From: Escherichia coli
Lineage (GTDB): Bacteria; Pseudomonadota; Gammaproteobacteria; Enterobacterales; Enterobacteriaceae
Length of the DNA: 64,000 nt
Assembly (NCBI RefSeq): GCF_003334815.1
Contig: NZ_QOWO01000004.1
Strand: one strand, 5' to 3'
The notes under the pieces are model-generated. The model was given only the letters and a program-made list of their open reading frames with translations. It did not search any database and was not told the origin of the DNA. Within the stretch, counting starts at the first letter, position 1. Each line of letters opens with the position of its first letter. The translations under genes and the position numbers were made by a program. Shown here in pieces: positions 18,369-29,017 of this stretch.

Positions 18369-19286
18369 TTACTTCGTCCACCCTTTTTGTTTCAGGTAGT
18401 CGGCAGCCACTTTTTTGGCATCCAGTCCTTCCACAGCAATGCTGGCATTCAGTTGCTGCAATGTTTTTGCATCGAGGCTGGCGAAGACTGGCTGTAGCCA
18501 CTGTGCCATTTGCGGATACTCCCTCAACACCGACTCACGCACCACTGGTGCAGGCGCGTAGATAGGTTGCACACCTTGCGGATCGCTTAAGGTTTGCAGC
18601 CCCAGCGCCGCTACCGGGCCGTCAGTGCCGTAAGCCATTGCAGCATTAACGCCAGAGGTTTGCTGGGCAGCGGCTTTGATCGTCACCGCCGTGTCGCCAC
18701 CAGCCAGTGACAGCAACTGATCCTGACCGAGCTTAAAGCCATAGGCTTTTTCAAACGCGGGTAACGCATCGGCGCGTTCGATAAACTCTGCCGAGGCTGC
18801 CAGTTTGAAGGTGCCGCCCTCTTGCAGATAACGACTCAGGTCGGCAAGCGAAGTGAGTTTATTTTTCTCTGCCACATCCTGACGCACGGCGATAGTCCAG
18901 GTGTTATTTGCAGGCGCGGGCGTCAGCCAGATTAACTTGTTGTGCTCCGAATCGAGCTTTTTGACTTTCTCGTAACCTTGCTGCGCGTTTTTCCACGCTG
19001 CATCGTTTTCATCTTTAAAGAAGAAAGCGCCATTGCCGGTATATTCCGGATAGATATCCAGTTCACCGGAAGTAATCGCCCCGCGCACCACAGGAGTCGT
19101 TCCGAGTTGCACTTTATTCACCGTCGGTACGCCGTGGCTTTCCAGCACCTGCAAAATGATATTGCCGAGTAGCGCACCTTCGGTATCGATTTTTGAACCG
19201 ACTTTAACGGGGGAAGCCGCCTGTAGCGGCAGGCTCACGGCTGCCAACATAACCAGTGAACCTGCCCAGAGCTTTAAGAGTGGCAT
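18369..19286 (-). CDS. osmF: Periplasmic substrate-binding protein of the osmoprotectant ABC system
   Basis: Signal peptide (MPLLKLWAGSLVMLAAVSLPLQA); synteny with yehYXW. Confidence 0.85.
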   Translation of the reverse strand: MPLLKLWAGSLVMLAAVSLPLQAASPVKVGSKIDTEGALLGNIILQVLESHGVPTVNKVQLGTTPVVRGAITSGELDIYPEYTGNGAFFFKDENDAAWKNAQQGYEKVKKLDSEHNKLIWLTPAPANNTWTIAVRQDVAEKNKLTSLADLSRYLQEGGTFKLAASAEFIERADALPAFEKAYGFKLGQDQLLSLAGGDTAVTIKAAAQQTSGVNAAMAYGTDGPVAALGLQTLSDPQGVQPIYAPAPVVRESVLREYPQMAQWLQPVFASLDAKTLQQLNASIAVEGLDAKKVAADYLKQKGWTK

Positions 19287-19429
19287 GATGCTTTCCTCAT
19301 TCTTTTACTGTTGTTTTCAGCGAATTAAGAGAAAAGCATAGTTGATAATGGCGGGGTTAGCTTGAGCGGAAGGATTCAGTTGCAGAATCAGATAAATACT
19401 TAAGAGGCATATTCGGTCCGGCGTTTCCT

Positions 19430-19466
19430 GCCGGATGCGGCGCGAGCGCCTTATCCGGCCTACAAA
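19430..19466. repeat. REP element
   Basis: GCCGGATGCGGCGCGAGCGCCTTATCCGGCCTACAAA matches the REP consensus as I recall it. Confidence 0.8.
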
Positions 19467-19505
19467 GGGCGAAAATTCAGCAAGTTAAGATATGAACATC
19501 AGGCA

Positions 19506-19528
19506 AAGGGCGCAAACGTCGCGCCCTT
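19506..19528 (-). terminator. Hairpin just downstream of bglX
   Basis: AAGGGCGC-AAACGTC-GCGCCCTT. Confidence 0.45.
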
Positions 19529-19537
19529 ACAAAAGCA

Positions 19538-21835
19538 TTACAGCAACTCAAACTCGCCTTTCTTAACGCGTGCGGAATCAGTGCCGATAAAGACATTGAA
19601 CTTGCCAGGCTCGGCGTCATATTTCATCTGTTGATTCCAGAACTTCAGCGCCTCAATATCAATCGGGAAGCTGACGGTCTGAGTTTCGCCCGGCTTCAGG
19701 GTGATTTTCTCAAAGCCTTTCAGCTGTTTCACAGGGCGACTCATGGAAGCCGTCACATCCTGCAAGTACATCTGCACTACCGTGGCACCCTCGCGCTTAC
19801 CGGTGTTCGTCACCTGCACGCTGGCCGTCACTTTGCCGTCACGCTTCATGGTCGGCGCAGAAAGTTTCACATCAGAGACGGTGAAAGTGGTATAGCTCAG
19901 ACCATAGCCGAACGGATAAAGCGCCCCGTTAGCTTCATCAAAATAACGCGAAGTGTATTTGTTCGGCTTGTCGGCATTATACGGACGACCGGTGTTCAGA
20001 TGGCTGTAGTACACCGGGATCTGCCCGACAGAACGCGGGAAGGACATCGGCAGCTTGCCGGACGGGTTGTAATCGCCAAACAACACATCGGCAATTGCAT
20101 TACCGCCTTCAGTCCCCGCAAACCAGGTTTCCAGAATCGCATCAGCCTGCTGATCTTCTTTCACCAGCGCCAGCGGACGCCCGTTCATAAGCACCAGCAC
20201 CAGCGGTTTACCGGTGGCTTTCAGCGCCGCAATCAAGTCACGTTGGCTTTGCGGAATAGTGATATCGGTCCGGCTGGAGGCTTCGTGCGCCATCCCCTGT
20301 GCTTCACCGACTACAGCCACCACCACATCAGATTGTTTCGCCGTCTGCACCGCTTCATCAATCATCTCTTGCGGCGAACGCGGATCGACTTTGACCGCTT
20401 CTTCATACTGATTCAGGAAATCGATAATGCCTTTGTCACTGGTAACGTTCGCCCCTTTGGCATACAGCACTTTACCGTTTTCACCGACGGCATTTTTAAT
20501 CCCGGTCAGTACGGTCACGGATTGATCGGCAACACCGGCTGCGGACCAGCTGCCCATCACGTCACGTTTACTGTCCGCCAGTGGCCCAACCACCGCAATG
20601 GTGGCCGATTTTTTCAGCGGTAACGTTTCGAGACGGTTTTTCAGCAACACCAAGCTTTCGCGCGCCACTTCACGCGCTTCTTTACGGTGCAGGCGGCTTT
20701 CGGCATTGGTATCCACCGGGTCAGACTCTTTCGGCCCCAAATGGCTGTATGGGTCGTTAAACAACCCCATATCATATTTAACGTTCAGTACATGGCGGGC
20801 AGCATCGTCCAGCTCTGCCATCGTCACTTTGCCGGATTTAATCAACCCAGGCAGATACTTCGAGTAGTACTCGTCGCTCATGCTCATGTTGATTCCGGAT
20901 TTCAGCGCCACGCGCACCGCATCTTCCGGGTCTGCCGCCGTGCCATGTTTAATCAGCTCTTTGATTGCACCGTGATCGGAAACGGTGATGCCTTTAAAGC
21001 CCCACTGGTCGCGCAGAACATCTTTCAGCAGCCAGGAATCGGAGGTGGCTGGCGTGCCGTTCAGCGAGTTCAGCGCCACCATCACCGCGCCGCTGCCTGC
21101 GTCCAGCCCCGCTTTGTACGGCGGCATATAATCATTAAACAGGCGCTGCGGACTCATATCGACGGTGTTGTACTCTTTACCGCCTTCTACCGCGCCGTAT
21201 GCGGCAAAGTGTTTGACGCTGGTCATCACCGAGTAGCGATCTGCCGGGCTTTTACCCTGCATCGCTTCCACCATGGTTTTACCCATTGTTGAGGTGAGAT
21301 ACGTATCTTCGCCAAAACCTTCGGAAGCACGTCCCCAGCGCGGATCGCGCGAGACATCGACCATCGGTGCCCAGGTCATATTCAGGCCATCATCTGCCGC
21401 TTCATAAGCAGAGACACGTCCGACCGTTTTCACTGCATCGAGGTTAAAAGACGAGGCCAGACCGAGGCTAATCGGGAACACCGTGCGCTGACCGTGCAGC
21501 ACGTCGTAAGCAAAGAAAAGAGGAATTTTCAGGCGGCTTAATTCCATCACCTGATCCTGCATGGCGCGGATATCCTGACGGGTTACGGTGTTGAAAATCG
21601 CCCCAACCTGACCGTCTTTGATCATCTCGCGGATCGCCTCTTTCGGGTTATCCGGGCCGACGCTGATTAAGCGCAGCTGACCAATTTTCTCATCAACTGT
21701 CATTTTCTTAAGCAGTTCGGTGACGAACGCATCCCGCGCTTCGGGCGTTAATGGATGGTTGCCGAATAAATCATCCGCCAGTGCTGGCTGCAGGGCCAGA
21801 CTCACCGCGATTCCTACTGAACATAGCCATTTCAT
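19538..21835 (-). CDS. bglX: Periplasmic beta-glucosidase, glycoside hydrolase family 3 (765 aa)
   Basis: ORF track 19538..21907 trimmed to the Met at 21835 (MKWLCSVGIAVSLA signal peptide). Confidence 0.9.
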   Translation of the reverse strand: MKWLCSVGIAVSLALQPALADDLFGNHPLTPEARDAFVTELLKKMTVDEKIGQLRLISVGPDNPKEAIREMIKDGQVGAIFNTVTRQDIRAMQDQVMELSRLKIPLFFAYDVLHGQRTVFPISLGLASSFNLDAVKTVGRVSAYEAADDGLNMTWAPMVDVSRDPRWGRASEGFGEDTYLTSTMGKTMVEAMQGKSPADRYSVMTSVKHFAAYGAVEGGKEYNTVDMSPQRLFNDYMPPYKAGLDAGSGAVMVALNSLNGTPATSDSWLLKDVLRDQWGFKGITVSDHGAIKELIKHGTAADPEDAVRVALKSGINMSMSDEYYSKYLPGLIKSGKVTMAELDDAARHVLNVKYDMGLFNDPYSHLGPKESDPVDTNAESRLHRKEAREVARESLVLLKNRLETLPLKKSATIAVVGPLADSKRDVMGSWSAAGVADQSVTVLTGIKNAVGENGKVLYAKGANVTSDKGIIDFLNQYEEAVKVDPRSPQEMIDEAVQTAKQSDVVVAVVGEAQGMAHEASSRTDITIPQSQRDLIAALKATGKPLVLVLMNGRPLALVKEDQQADAILETWFAGTEGGNAIADVLFGDYNPSGKLPMSFPRSVGQIPVYYSHLNTGRPYNADKPNKYTSRYFDEANGALYPFGYGLSYTTFTVSDVKLSAPTMKRDGKVTASVQVTNTGKREGATVVQMYLQDVTASMSRPVKQLKGFEKITLKPGETQTVSFPIDIEALKFWNQQMKYDAEPGKFNVFIGTDSARVKKGEFELL

Positions 21836-22030
21836 ATGGATTTTTCTTCCTCTGTTGCCCGACGAGGCAGCGAAAATGGTGCAAAAACCGTAGTTTGCCA
21901 TAAGCATGATGGAGAGAGAAAAAGAATGCTCAGTTTATTGTCTGAATTTTCAAAATATTCACTCGCTGAATTGTCATACAAGGCGCTATTCTAGTTTGTG
22001 ATATTTTTTCGCCACCACAAGGAGTGGAAA

Positions 22031-23746
22031 ATGTCTTCCATGACAACAACTGATAATAAAGCCTTTTTGAATGAACTTGCCCGTCTGGTCGGTCATTCAC
22101 ACCTGCTCACCGATCCCGCAAAAACGGCCCGCTATCGCAAGGGCTTCCGTTCTGGTCAGGGCGACGCGCTGGCTGTCGTTTTCCCTGGCTCACTACTGGA
22201 ATTGTGGCGGGTGCTGAAAGCCTGCGTCACCGCCGACAAAATTATTCTGATGCAGGCTGCCAATACAGGCCTGACCGAAGGATCGACGCCAAACGGTAAC
22301 GGCTATGATCGCGATGTCGTTATCATCAGCACCCTGCGTCTCGACAAGCTGCACGTTCTTGGCAAGGGCGAACAGGTGCTGGCCTATCCGGGCACCACGC
22401 TCTATTCGCTGGAAAAAGCCCTCAAACCGCTGGGACGCGAACCGCACTCAGTGATTGGATCATCGTGTATAGGCGCATCGGTCATCGGCGGTATTTGTAA
22501 CAACTCCGGCGGCTCGCTGGTGCAACGTGGCCCGGCGTATACCGAAATGTCGTTATTCGCGCGTATAAATGAAGACGGCAAACTGACGCTGGTGAACCAT
22601 CTGGGGATTGATCTGGGCGAAACGCCGGAGCAGATCCTTAGCAAGCTGGATGATGATCGCATCAAAGATGACGATGTGCGTCACGATGGTCGTCACGCCC
22701 ACGATTATGACTATGTCCACCGCGTTCGTGATATTGAAGCCGACACGCCCGCACGTTATAACGCCGATCCTGATCGGTTATTTGAATCTTCTGGTTGCGC
22801 CGGGAAGCTGGCGGTCTTTGCAGTACGTCTTGATACCTTCGAAGCGGAAAAAAATCAGCAGGTGTTTTATATCGGCACCAACCAGCCGGAAGTGCTGACC
22901 GAAATCCGCCGTCATATTCTGGCTAACTTCGAAAATCTGCCGGTTGCCGGGGAATATATGCACCGGGATATCTACGATATTGCGGAAAAATACGGCAAAG
23001 ACACCTTCCTGATGATTGATAAGTTAGGCACCGACAAGATGCCGTTCTTCTTTAATCTCAAGGGACGCACCGATGCGATGCTGGAGAAAGTGAAATTCTT
23101 CCGTCCGCATTTTACTGACCGTGCGATGCAAAAATTCGGTCACCTGTTCCCCAGCCATTTACCGCCGCGCATGAAAAACTGGCGCGATAAATACGAGCAT
23201 CATCTGCTGTTAAAAATGGCGGGCGATGGCGTGGGCGAAGCCAAATCGTGGCTGGTGGATTATTTCAAACAGGCCGAAGGCGATTTCTTTGTCTGTACGC
23301 CGGAGGAAGGCAGCAAAGCGTTTTTACACCGTTTCGCCGCTGCGGGCGCAGCAATTCGTTATCAGGCGGTGCATTCCGATGAAGTCGAAGACATTCTGGC
23401 GTTGGATATCGCTCTGCGGCGTAACGACACCGAGTGGTATGAGCATTTACCGCCGGAGATCGACAGCCAGCTGGTGCACAAGCTCTATTACGGCCATTTT
23501 ATGTGCTATGTCTTCCATCAGGATTACATAGTGAAAAAAGGCGTGGATGTGCATGCGTTAAAAGAACAGATGCTGGAACTGCTACAGCAGCGCGGCGCGC
23601 AGTACCCTGCCGAGCATAACGTCGGTCATTTGTATAAAGCACCGGAGACGTTGCAGAAGTTCTATCGCGAGAACGATCCGACCAACAGCATGAATCCGGG
23701 GATCGGTAAAACCAGTAAACGGAAAAACTGGCAGGAAGTGGAGTAA
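22031..23746 (+). CDS. dld: FAD-dependent D-lactate dehydrogenase (571 aa)
   Basis: ORF track trimmed to ATG 22031 (GGAGTGG upstream). Confidence 0.9.
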   Translation: MSSMTTTDNKAFLNELARLVGHSHLLTDPAKTARYRKGFRSGQGDALAVVFPGSLLELWRVLKACVTADKIILMQAANTGLTEGSTPNGNGYDRDVVIISTLRLDKLHVLGKGEQVLAYPGTTLYSLEKALKPLGREPHSVIGSSCIGASVIGGICNNSGGSLVQRGPAYTEMSLFARINEDGKLTLVNHLGIDLGETPEQILSKLDDDRIKDDDVRHDGRHAHDYDYVHRVRDIEADTPARYNADPDRLFESSGCAGKLAVFAVRLDTFEAEKNQQVFYIGTNQPEVLTEIRRHILANFENLPVAGEYMHRDIYDIAEKYGKDTFLMIDKLGTDKMPFFFNLKGRTDAMLEKVKFFRPHFTDRAMQKFGHLFPSHLPPRMKNWRDKYEHHLLLKMAGDGVGEAKSWLVDYFKQAEGDFFVCTPEEGSKAFLHRFAAAGAAIRYQAVHSDEVEDILALDIALRRNDTEWYEHLPPEIDSQLVHKLYYGHFMCYVFHQDYIVKKGVDVHALKEQMLELLQQRGAQYPAEHNVGHLYKAPETLQKFYRENDPTNSMNPGIGKTSKRKNWQEVE

Positions 23747-23752
23747 AAATTA

Positions 23753-23776
23753 CGGATGGCAGAGTATCGCCATCCG
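23753..23776. terminator. Hairpin between convergent dld and pbpG
   Basis: CGGATGGC-AGAGTATC-GCCATCCG. Confidence 0.5.
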
Positions 23777-23783
23777 AATTCAC

Positions 23784-24716
23784 TTAATCGTTCTGTGCCG
23801 TCTGCCCCGCCGCCGCCATTTGGGCGGCTTTTTGTTTTTTATAGCTCAACGCTGCTGCCGGCACAGGCATCACTTTACCGGTTTCAATCCAGGTACGCAG
23901 GCGGCTGGCATCGGCAAAATGGGTATATTTGCCAAACGCGTCCATCACTACCAGCGCCACCGGTTTATTATTGATAACCGTACGCATCACCAGACAATGG
24001 CCCGCCGCATTGGTAAAGCCGGTTTTGGTTAACTGAATATTCCAGTTATCGCGATACACCAGATGATTAGTATTGCGGAACGGCAGCGTATACGTCGGAT
24101 TAGAGAAGGTTGCCATATCTTCCCGGGTAGTACTTAACTGCCCGATCAACGGATATTGTTTGCTGGCAATGAGCAGTTTGGTTAAGTCACGGGCAGTTGA
24201 AACGTTATGCACCGACAATCCGGTAGGTTCAACAAAGCGCGTGTTGTTCATTCCGAGCGATTTCGCTTTCGCATTCATTGCCTTAATAAAGGCTTTGTAA
24301 CCACCGGGATAATGGTGCGCAAGGCTTGCCGCCGCGCGGTTTTCTGAAGACATCAGCGCCAGCAACAGCATATCTTTACGGCTGATTTCGCTATTCAGTC
24401 GTACGCGCGAATAGACCCCTTTCATCTCCGGCGTCTGGCTGATATCCACTTTTAGTTTTTCATCCAGCGGCAGTCGTGCATCCAGCACAACCATCGCGGT
24501 CATTAATTTGCTGATAGACGCAATCGGACGCACCAGATCCGGGTGGTTCGAATAGATCACTTTGTTGGTATTCAGATCAACAATCATCGCGCTACCGGAG
24601 GCAATTTCCGGTTGTGAAGCGGTGGTAGCGGCTGCCGTTTTCGCAACGGCCTGCGGTGCAAAAGGCACAGCCAGCATCAGGGCCAGGCTAAATAAAGAAA
24701 CTCGAAATTTCGGCAT
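23784..24716 (-). CDS. pbpG: D-alanyl-D-alanine endopeptidase PBP7 (310 aa)
   Basis: Signal peptide; SxxK active-site motif (SISK). Confidence 0.9.
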
Positions 24717-24889
24717 GATGAGCATTCAGATAGTGGTTCACGCGCACGGGTTGCGCACCGCCGGAGTAAGGATTTACTGAGGCTAGCGACGCCATCATAA
24801 CGAGCAAAAAGTGCGATCGTCAAAGGAGAATCGTGAGGAAATGCTGCATTGCTGACATTTACGCCAGCAATGCAACGTCAAAGAACTTT

Positions 24890-25477
24890 CTAGAACAAAC
24901 GATAACCGTAGCCCCATAGTATAACGGTTAGGGCGAGCAGCACTTCCAGTACCAGCACGCCAATCGCCAGCGTCGAACTAGAGAAGCTAAGGCCTTCCTC
25001 TTTGTTGATATTCAGGAAGCTCGGAATACCAAGGTAAAGCAGGTAGCCGGTGTAAAACAGCGCCACCGTGCCGACCAGCGCACACAACCAGACCAGTGGA
25101 TAAAGCGCCACCAGACCGCTTAAAAACAGCGGAGTTGCAACGTAGCCCGCGAAGACCATGCAGTGCGCAAGTGACGGACGCTGCGGATAATTACGCGCCA
25201 TCCACCAGATGACCCGCCCCATCACCGCGACCCCAGCCAGCATAACGCCGTAAAACAAGACAGCCAGCGCCAGTCCGGTAAACCAGGATAACTTCAGGAT
25301 AGTGCCATCGCCAAAATTCCAGCCAATCTGTGTAGTGCCAATGAAGGCGCAAATCACCGGAATCGCCGCCATCAGCAAAACGTGGTGGGTGTAATGGTGA
25401 GAAATCGTTTCGTTTTCGCGATTAATCACCTGCATTTCACGATCGGGATGGGAAAACAGTCCCCAGACATGGCTCAT
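24890..25477 (-). CDS. yohC: Inner-membrane protein (195 aa)
   Basis: ORF track trimmed to the Met at 25477; hydrophobic. Confidence 0.75.
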   Translation of the reverse strand: MSHVWGLFSHPDREMQVINRENETISHHYTHHVLLMAAIPVICAFIGTTQIGWNFGDGTILKLSWFTGLALAVLFYGVMLAGVAVMGRVIWWMARNYPQRPSLAHCMVFAGYVATPLFLSGLVALYPLVWLCALVGTVALFYTGYLLYLGIPSFLNINKEEGLSFSSSTLAIGVLVLEVLLALTVILWGYGYRLF

Positions 25478-25646
25478 ACCGCCCCCTTGTTGTGAGTTCA
25501 TGAACCTGACAGTTCAAGTATAAGTCAGCTTGTGATTATTTTTTGTTCGCCCATGTAATTTTCACTGTCTGATGAACGTCCTTTTTCAGCGTGAATGATT
25601 CACAGGGTGTATGCTTACTGGCAACCAAAGGGAGACAGACTGGCCT

Positions 25647-26225
25647 ATGGATCTCAATACACTTATCTCACAATATGGTTATGCCGCGCTGGTGATCGGT
25701 AGCCTGGCGGAAGGTGAAACCGTGACTTTGCTGGGAGGCGTTGCGGCGCATCAGGGGCTATTAAAGTTCCCGCTGGTGGTACTTTCTGTGGCGCTTGGCG
25801 GCATGATTGGCGACCAGGTGCTCTATCTGTGCGGGCGGCGGTTTGGCGGCAAGCTGTTACGCCGTTTCTCGAAACATCAGGATAAAATTGAGCGGGCGCA
25901 GAAACTTATCCAACGCCATCCGTATCTGTTTGTCATTGGTACGCGCTTTATGTATGGCTTTCGGGTGATTGGCCCGACGCTGATTGGTGCCAGCCAGCTG
26001 CCGCCGAAAATCTTTCTGCCGCTGAATATTCTCGGCGCATTTGCCTGGGCGTTGATTTTTACCACTATTGGTTACGCTGGTGGTCAGGTGATTGCGCCGT
26101 GGTTGCACAATCTCGACCAGCATTTGAAGCACTGGGTCTGGTTGATTCTGGTCGTGGTTCTGGTGGTGGGCGTGCGCTGGTGGCTGAAACGACGCGGGAA
26201 GAAAAAGCCGGATCATCAGGCGTAA
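25647..26225 (+). CDS. yohD: DedA-family inner-membrane protein (192 aa)
   Basis: ORF track trimmed to ATG 25647. Confidence 0.8.
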   Translation: MDLNTLISQYGYAALVIGSLAEGETVTLLGGVAAHQGLLKFPLVVLSVALGGMIGDQVLYLCGRRFGGKLLRRFSKHQDKIERAQKLIQRHPYLFVIGTRFMYGFRVIGPTLIGASQLPPKIFLPLNILGAFAWALIFTTIGYAGGQVIAPWLHNLDQHLKHWVWLILVVVLVVGVRWWLKRRGKKKPDHQA

Positions 26226-26237
26226 AACCATTGCCCT

Positions 26238-26270
26238 GGATAAGGCGTTCGCGCCGCATCCGACATCCGG
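26238..26270. repeat. REP-like element (inverted orientation)
   Basis: GGATAAGGCGTTCGCGCCGCATCCGACATCCGG. Confidence 0.6.
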
Positions 26271-26354
26271 AGTACCATGCCTGATACGACGCTTGTGCGT
26301 CTTTTCATGCCGACCAAAATATTACCCAATGAAATATCCACGCACCTCACTGCG

Positions 26355-27116
26355 CTATTCTGGGTTGAACTGTGGATTCGCCAACATAAAGCCGCCATCC
26401 ACTATCAACGACTGCCCGGTGGTGTAATTTGCGCCCTCCGAACAAAGCCACACCACCAGGCTGGCAATCTCATGCGTTGCGCCAAAACGCCGCAAGGGAA
26501 TCGAAGGCTCCGCGTCGGGCTTCACGTCGCTGTCATCCATGCCATTCATTGGCGTGGCGATCGCCCCAGGCGCGACTGCGTTCACCAAAATCTTATGCCT
26601 GACCAGCTCCAGCGCCATCGCTTTGGTTAACCCACCGAGCGCATGTTTAGCGGCTGTGTAGGCGCTGGCATCCGGCAGCGGCGTATGTTCATGTACCGAC
26701 GTAATGTTGATGATGCGACCGCCCTGCCCTTGTTTCACCATCTGACGAGCCGCAATTTGCGAGCATAAGAATGCACCATCGACATCAACGGTAAAAATCT
26801 TGCGCCACTCATCAAAAGCCATATCAAGAAACGGCGCTTTGGTCATTGCACCCGCATTATTCACCAGCACATCAATGCGCCCCAGCCGTTGAATGAGTTT
26901 CTCCAGCGCCAGTGCCCCTTCTGGTAGATTGCCGAGATCCAGCTGCACGATCTCCGCACGTACGCCGTGGCTAACTACCTCACGCGCGGTATCTTTTGCC
27001 CCTTCTTCATCTGAGTGCCAGGTAATACCAATATCAAACCCCTGCTGCGCCAGTAATAACGCGCACTCTTTGCCGATCCCCGAATCGGAGGCGGTAATAA
27101 TCGCAACCTGTGCCAT
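26355..27116 (-). CDS. yohF: Short-chain dehydrogenase/reductase (253 aa)
   Basis: Rossmann motif TASDSGIG near the N-terminus. Confidence 0.85.
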   Translation of the reverse strand: MAQVAIITASDSGIGKECALLLAQQGFDIGITWHSDEEGAKDTAREVVSHGVRAEIVQLDLGNLPEGALALEKLIQRLGRIDVLVNNAGAMTKAPFLDMAFDEWRKIFTVDVDGAFLCSQIAARQMVKQGQGGRIINITSVHEHTPLPDASAYTAAKHALGGLTKAMALELVRHKILVNAVAPGAIATPMNGMDDSDVKPDAEPSIPLRRFGATHEIASLVVWLCSEGANYTTGQSLIVDGGFMLANPQFNPE

Positions 27117-27168
27117 CGAGTTCTCCACTTAACGCTGAATAAACGTTAAGTATAGAAGGCGCATATCA

Positions 27169-28605
27169 TCAGCGTTTGTAACCCCCGCCCAACGCACCAG
27201 TGAGTTGAATGGAGGCATCCAGCCACTGCCCTTGCAATAACAGGCCATTGGCCCGCTCACGCAGCGCGGGGATTCTGGCTTCGCTGACGCGGGAACCAGC
27301 AATGATGCCCGCGTTAAAGCGCGCCTGCGCAAGACCTACCACACGCAAGGCATCGCGCTCAATTTGCGCCTGATGCTGGTTTTTCTCCGCCAGTGTCTGA
27401 ACCTGACTGGCTGCCCGCGCCACGTCATTCACCGCTTCAACCACCGCTTTGTTGTAGCTGGCGATAGACAAGTTGCTTTCGGCTTTTGCGATATCGAGAT
27501 TGGCGTTAAGACGACCACTATCGAAAATGGGTAGCGTCAGGCCTGCCGTAACGCCCATTTGCTGCGCGGAATGACGGAACAGATCGCTTAAGTGCAACGC
27601 ATCCTGTTGCAGGAAGGCCATCAGGTTGATGTCAGGATAAAATGCCGCTTTTGCCGCATCAATGGTGCTTAGCGATGACTCAACGTACCAGTGCGCCGCC
27701 TGCAAATCTGCCCGCCGGGCCAGTAAGGAGTACCCCAGTTCATCAGGAAGCTGGCTTGCCACTTTCGGCAACGCGACCGGTTTAAGCTTCAATGACTTTG
27801 TCTGGTTATTTGTAAGTGCGCTTAACCGTGCCTCAATAATTTTCATTTTCCCCGCGACATCGTTGAGCTGCTGCCGGGTTTTGCTGGCATTAATATCGGT
27901 TTCCACACCTTCAACTGAAGAAGTAATCCCGTTCTGATATAGCTGGCGATCGGTCGCGATAATGGTGTTCTGCTCTTTTTCTATTTGCTGCAAGACCGTG
28001 TTTAACGCCGCCTGGGTTTGCCACTCCCAGTACAGGCGGGCTACGCTGCCAGCCAGCAATTGGCGGGTTTGCTCGCGTTCCGCCGCCCGTGCTTTAACCG
28101 TACCCAGGCGGGCAGTAACCTCCGCCCGATTCTTTCCCCAGATATCGAGATGCCAGCCCGCCGTTAAGCCAAAAGTACCGTTGGTGTACCACGGGCCGGT
28201 CGTACCTGCGGCCGGATCGTTCAGAGCAAACGGCCCCATTAAGCCTTCTGCCGACATTTTTTGCCGCTCCATATCCGCCGAAAAGTCGATCTGCGGACCA
28301 TCCTGAGTGGCAACTGCCTTCGCCTGGGCTTCAGCTAGCTGAATGCGCTGTTCAGCCACCTGCATATCCGGTGCGTTCTGTAGTGCATTGTTAATTAAGG
28401 AAGTGAGTTGATTATCGTGATACTCCAGCCACCATTGGCTGTCTGGCCAACCATTTTTCAGCGCCGTGGGTAATGCGGTGTCAACTTGTGCAGCGGGCGT
28501 TTGCTGGCTTAACGCCTGGCGGGTTTCATGCATAGGCGCACACCCGGCCAGCATCAGTAACAGCGGAAAACAGGCGATGGCTGGATAAAAGGAATCACGA
28601 TTCAT
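27169..28605 (-). CDS. mdtQ: Outer-membrane efflux factor lipoprotein, intact frame of 478 aa
   Basis: ORF track 27169..28695 trimmed to the Met at 28605; lipoprotein signal with LAGC. Uninterrupted here, whereas I recall the K-12 copy being a pseudogene. Confidence 0.75.
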   Translation of the reverse strand: MNRDSFYPAIACFPLLLMLAGCAPMHETRQALSQQTPAAQVDTALPTALKNGWPDSQWWLEYHDNQLTSLINNALQNAPDMQVAEQRIQLAEAQAKAVATQDGPQIDFSADMERQKMSAEGLMGPFALNDPAAGTTGPWYTNGTFGLTAGWHLDIWGKNRAEVTARLGTVKARAAEREQTRQLLAGSVARLYWEWQTQAALNTVLQQIEKEQNTIIATDRQLYQNGITSSVEGVETDINASKTRQQLNDVAGKMKIIEARLSALTNNQTKSLKLKPVALPKVASQLPDELGYSLLARRADLQAAHWYVESSLSTIDAAKAAFYPDINLMAFLQQDALHLSDLFRHSAQQMGVTAGLTLPIFDSGRLNANLDIAKAESNLSIASYNKAVVEAVNDVARAASQVQTLAEKNQHQAQIERDALRVVGLAQARFNAGIIAGSRVSEARIPALRERANGLLLQGQWLDASIQLTGALGGGYKR

Positions 28606-28828
28606 GGGGGAATAATCAGGTAAGAAAAGGTGCGCGGAGATTACCGTGTGTTGCGATATATTTTTTAGTTTCGCGTGGCAATACATCAGTGGCAATAAAA
28701 CGACATATCCAGAAAAATATACACTAAGTGAATGATATCTTCCGATTTATCTTAATCGTTTATGGATAACGGCAAAGGGCTTCGTTTTTTCCTATACTTA
28801 TTCAGCACTCACAAATAAAGGAACGCCA

Positions 28829-28912
28829 ATGAAAATTATACTCTGGGCTGTATTGATTATTTTCCTGATTGGGCTACTGGTGGTGACTGGCGTATTTAAG
28901 ATGATATTTTAA
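28829..28912 (+). CDS. yohP: 27-aa small membrane protein MKIILWAVLIIFLIGLLVVTGVFKMIF
   Basis: ATG 28829 with AAAGGAA upstream; not in the ORF track. Confidence 0.65.
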   Translation: MKIILWAVLIIFLIGLLVVTGVFKMIF

Positions 28913-29017
28913 AATTAATTAATGTCATCAGGTCCGAAAATAACGAGAATATTTCAGTCTCTCATCCTGTTGCGCTCCTGTCATGTGCATTGCTTCATAT
29001 AATCACTGGCGCAAGGA

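Noticed and set aside
19631-20623. 330-aa plus-strand ORF
   Set aside because: Entirely antisense to bglX; Arg/His-rich shadow frame typical of the reverse strand of a real gene.
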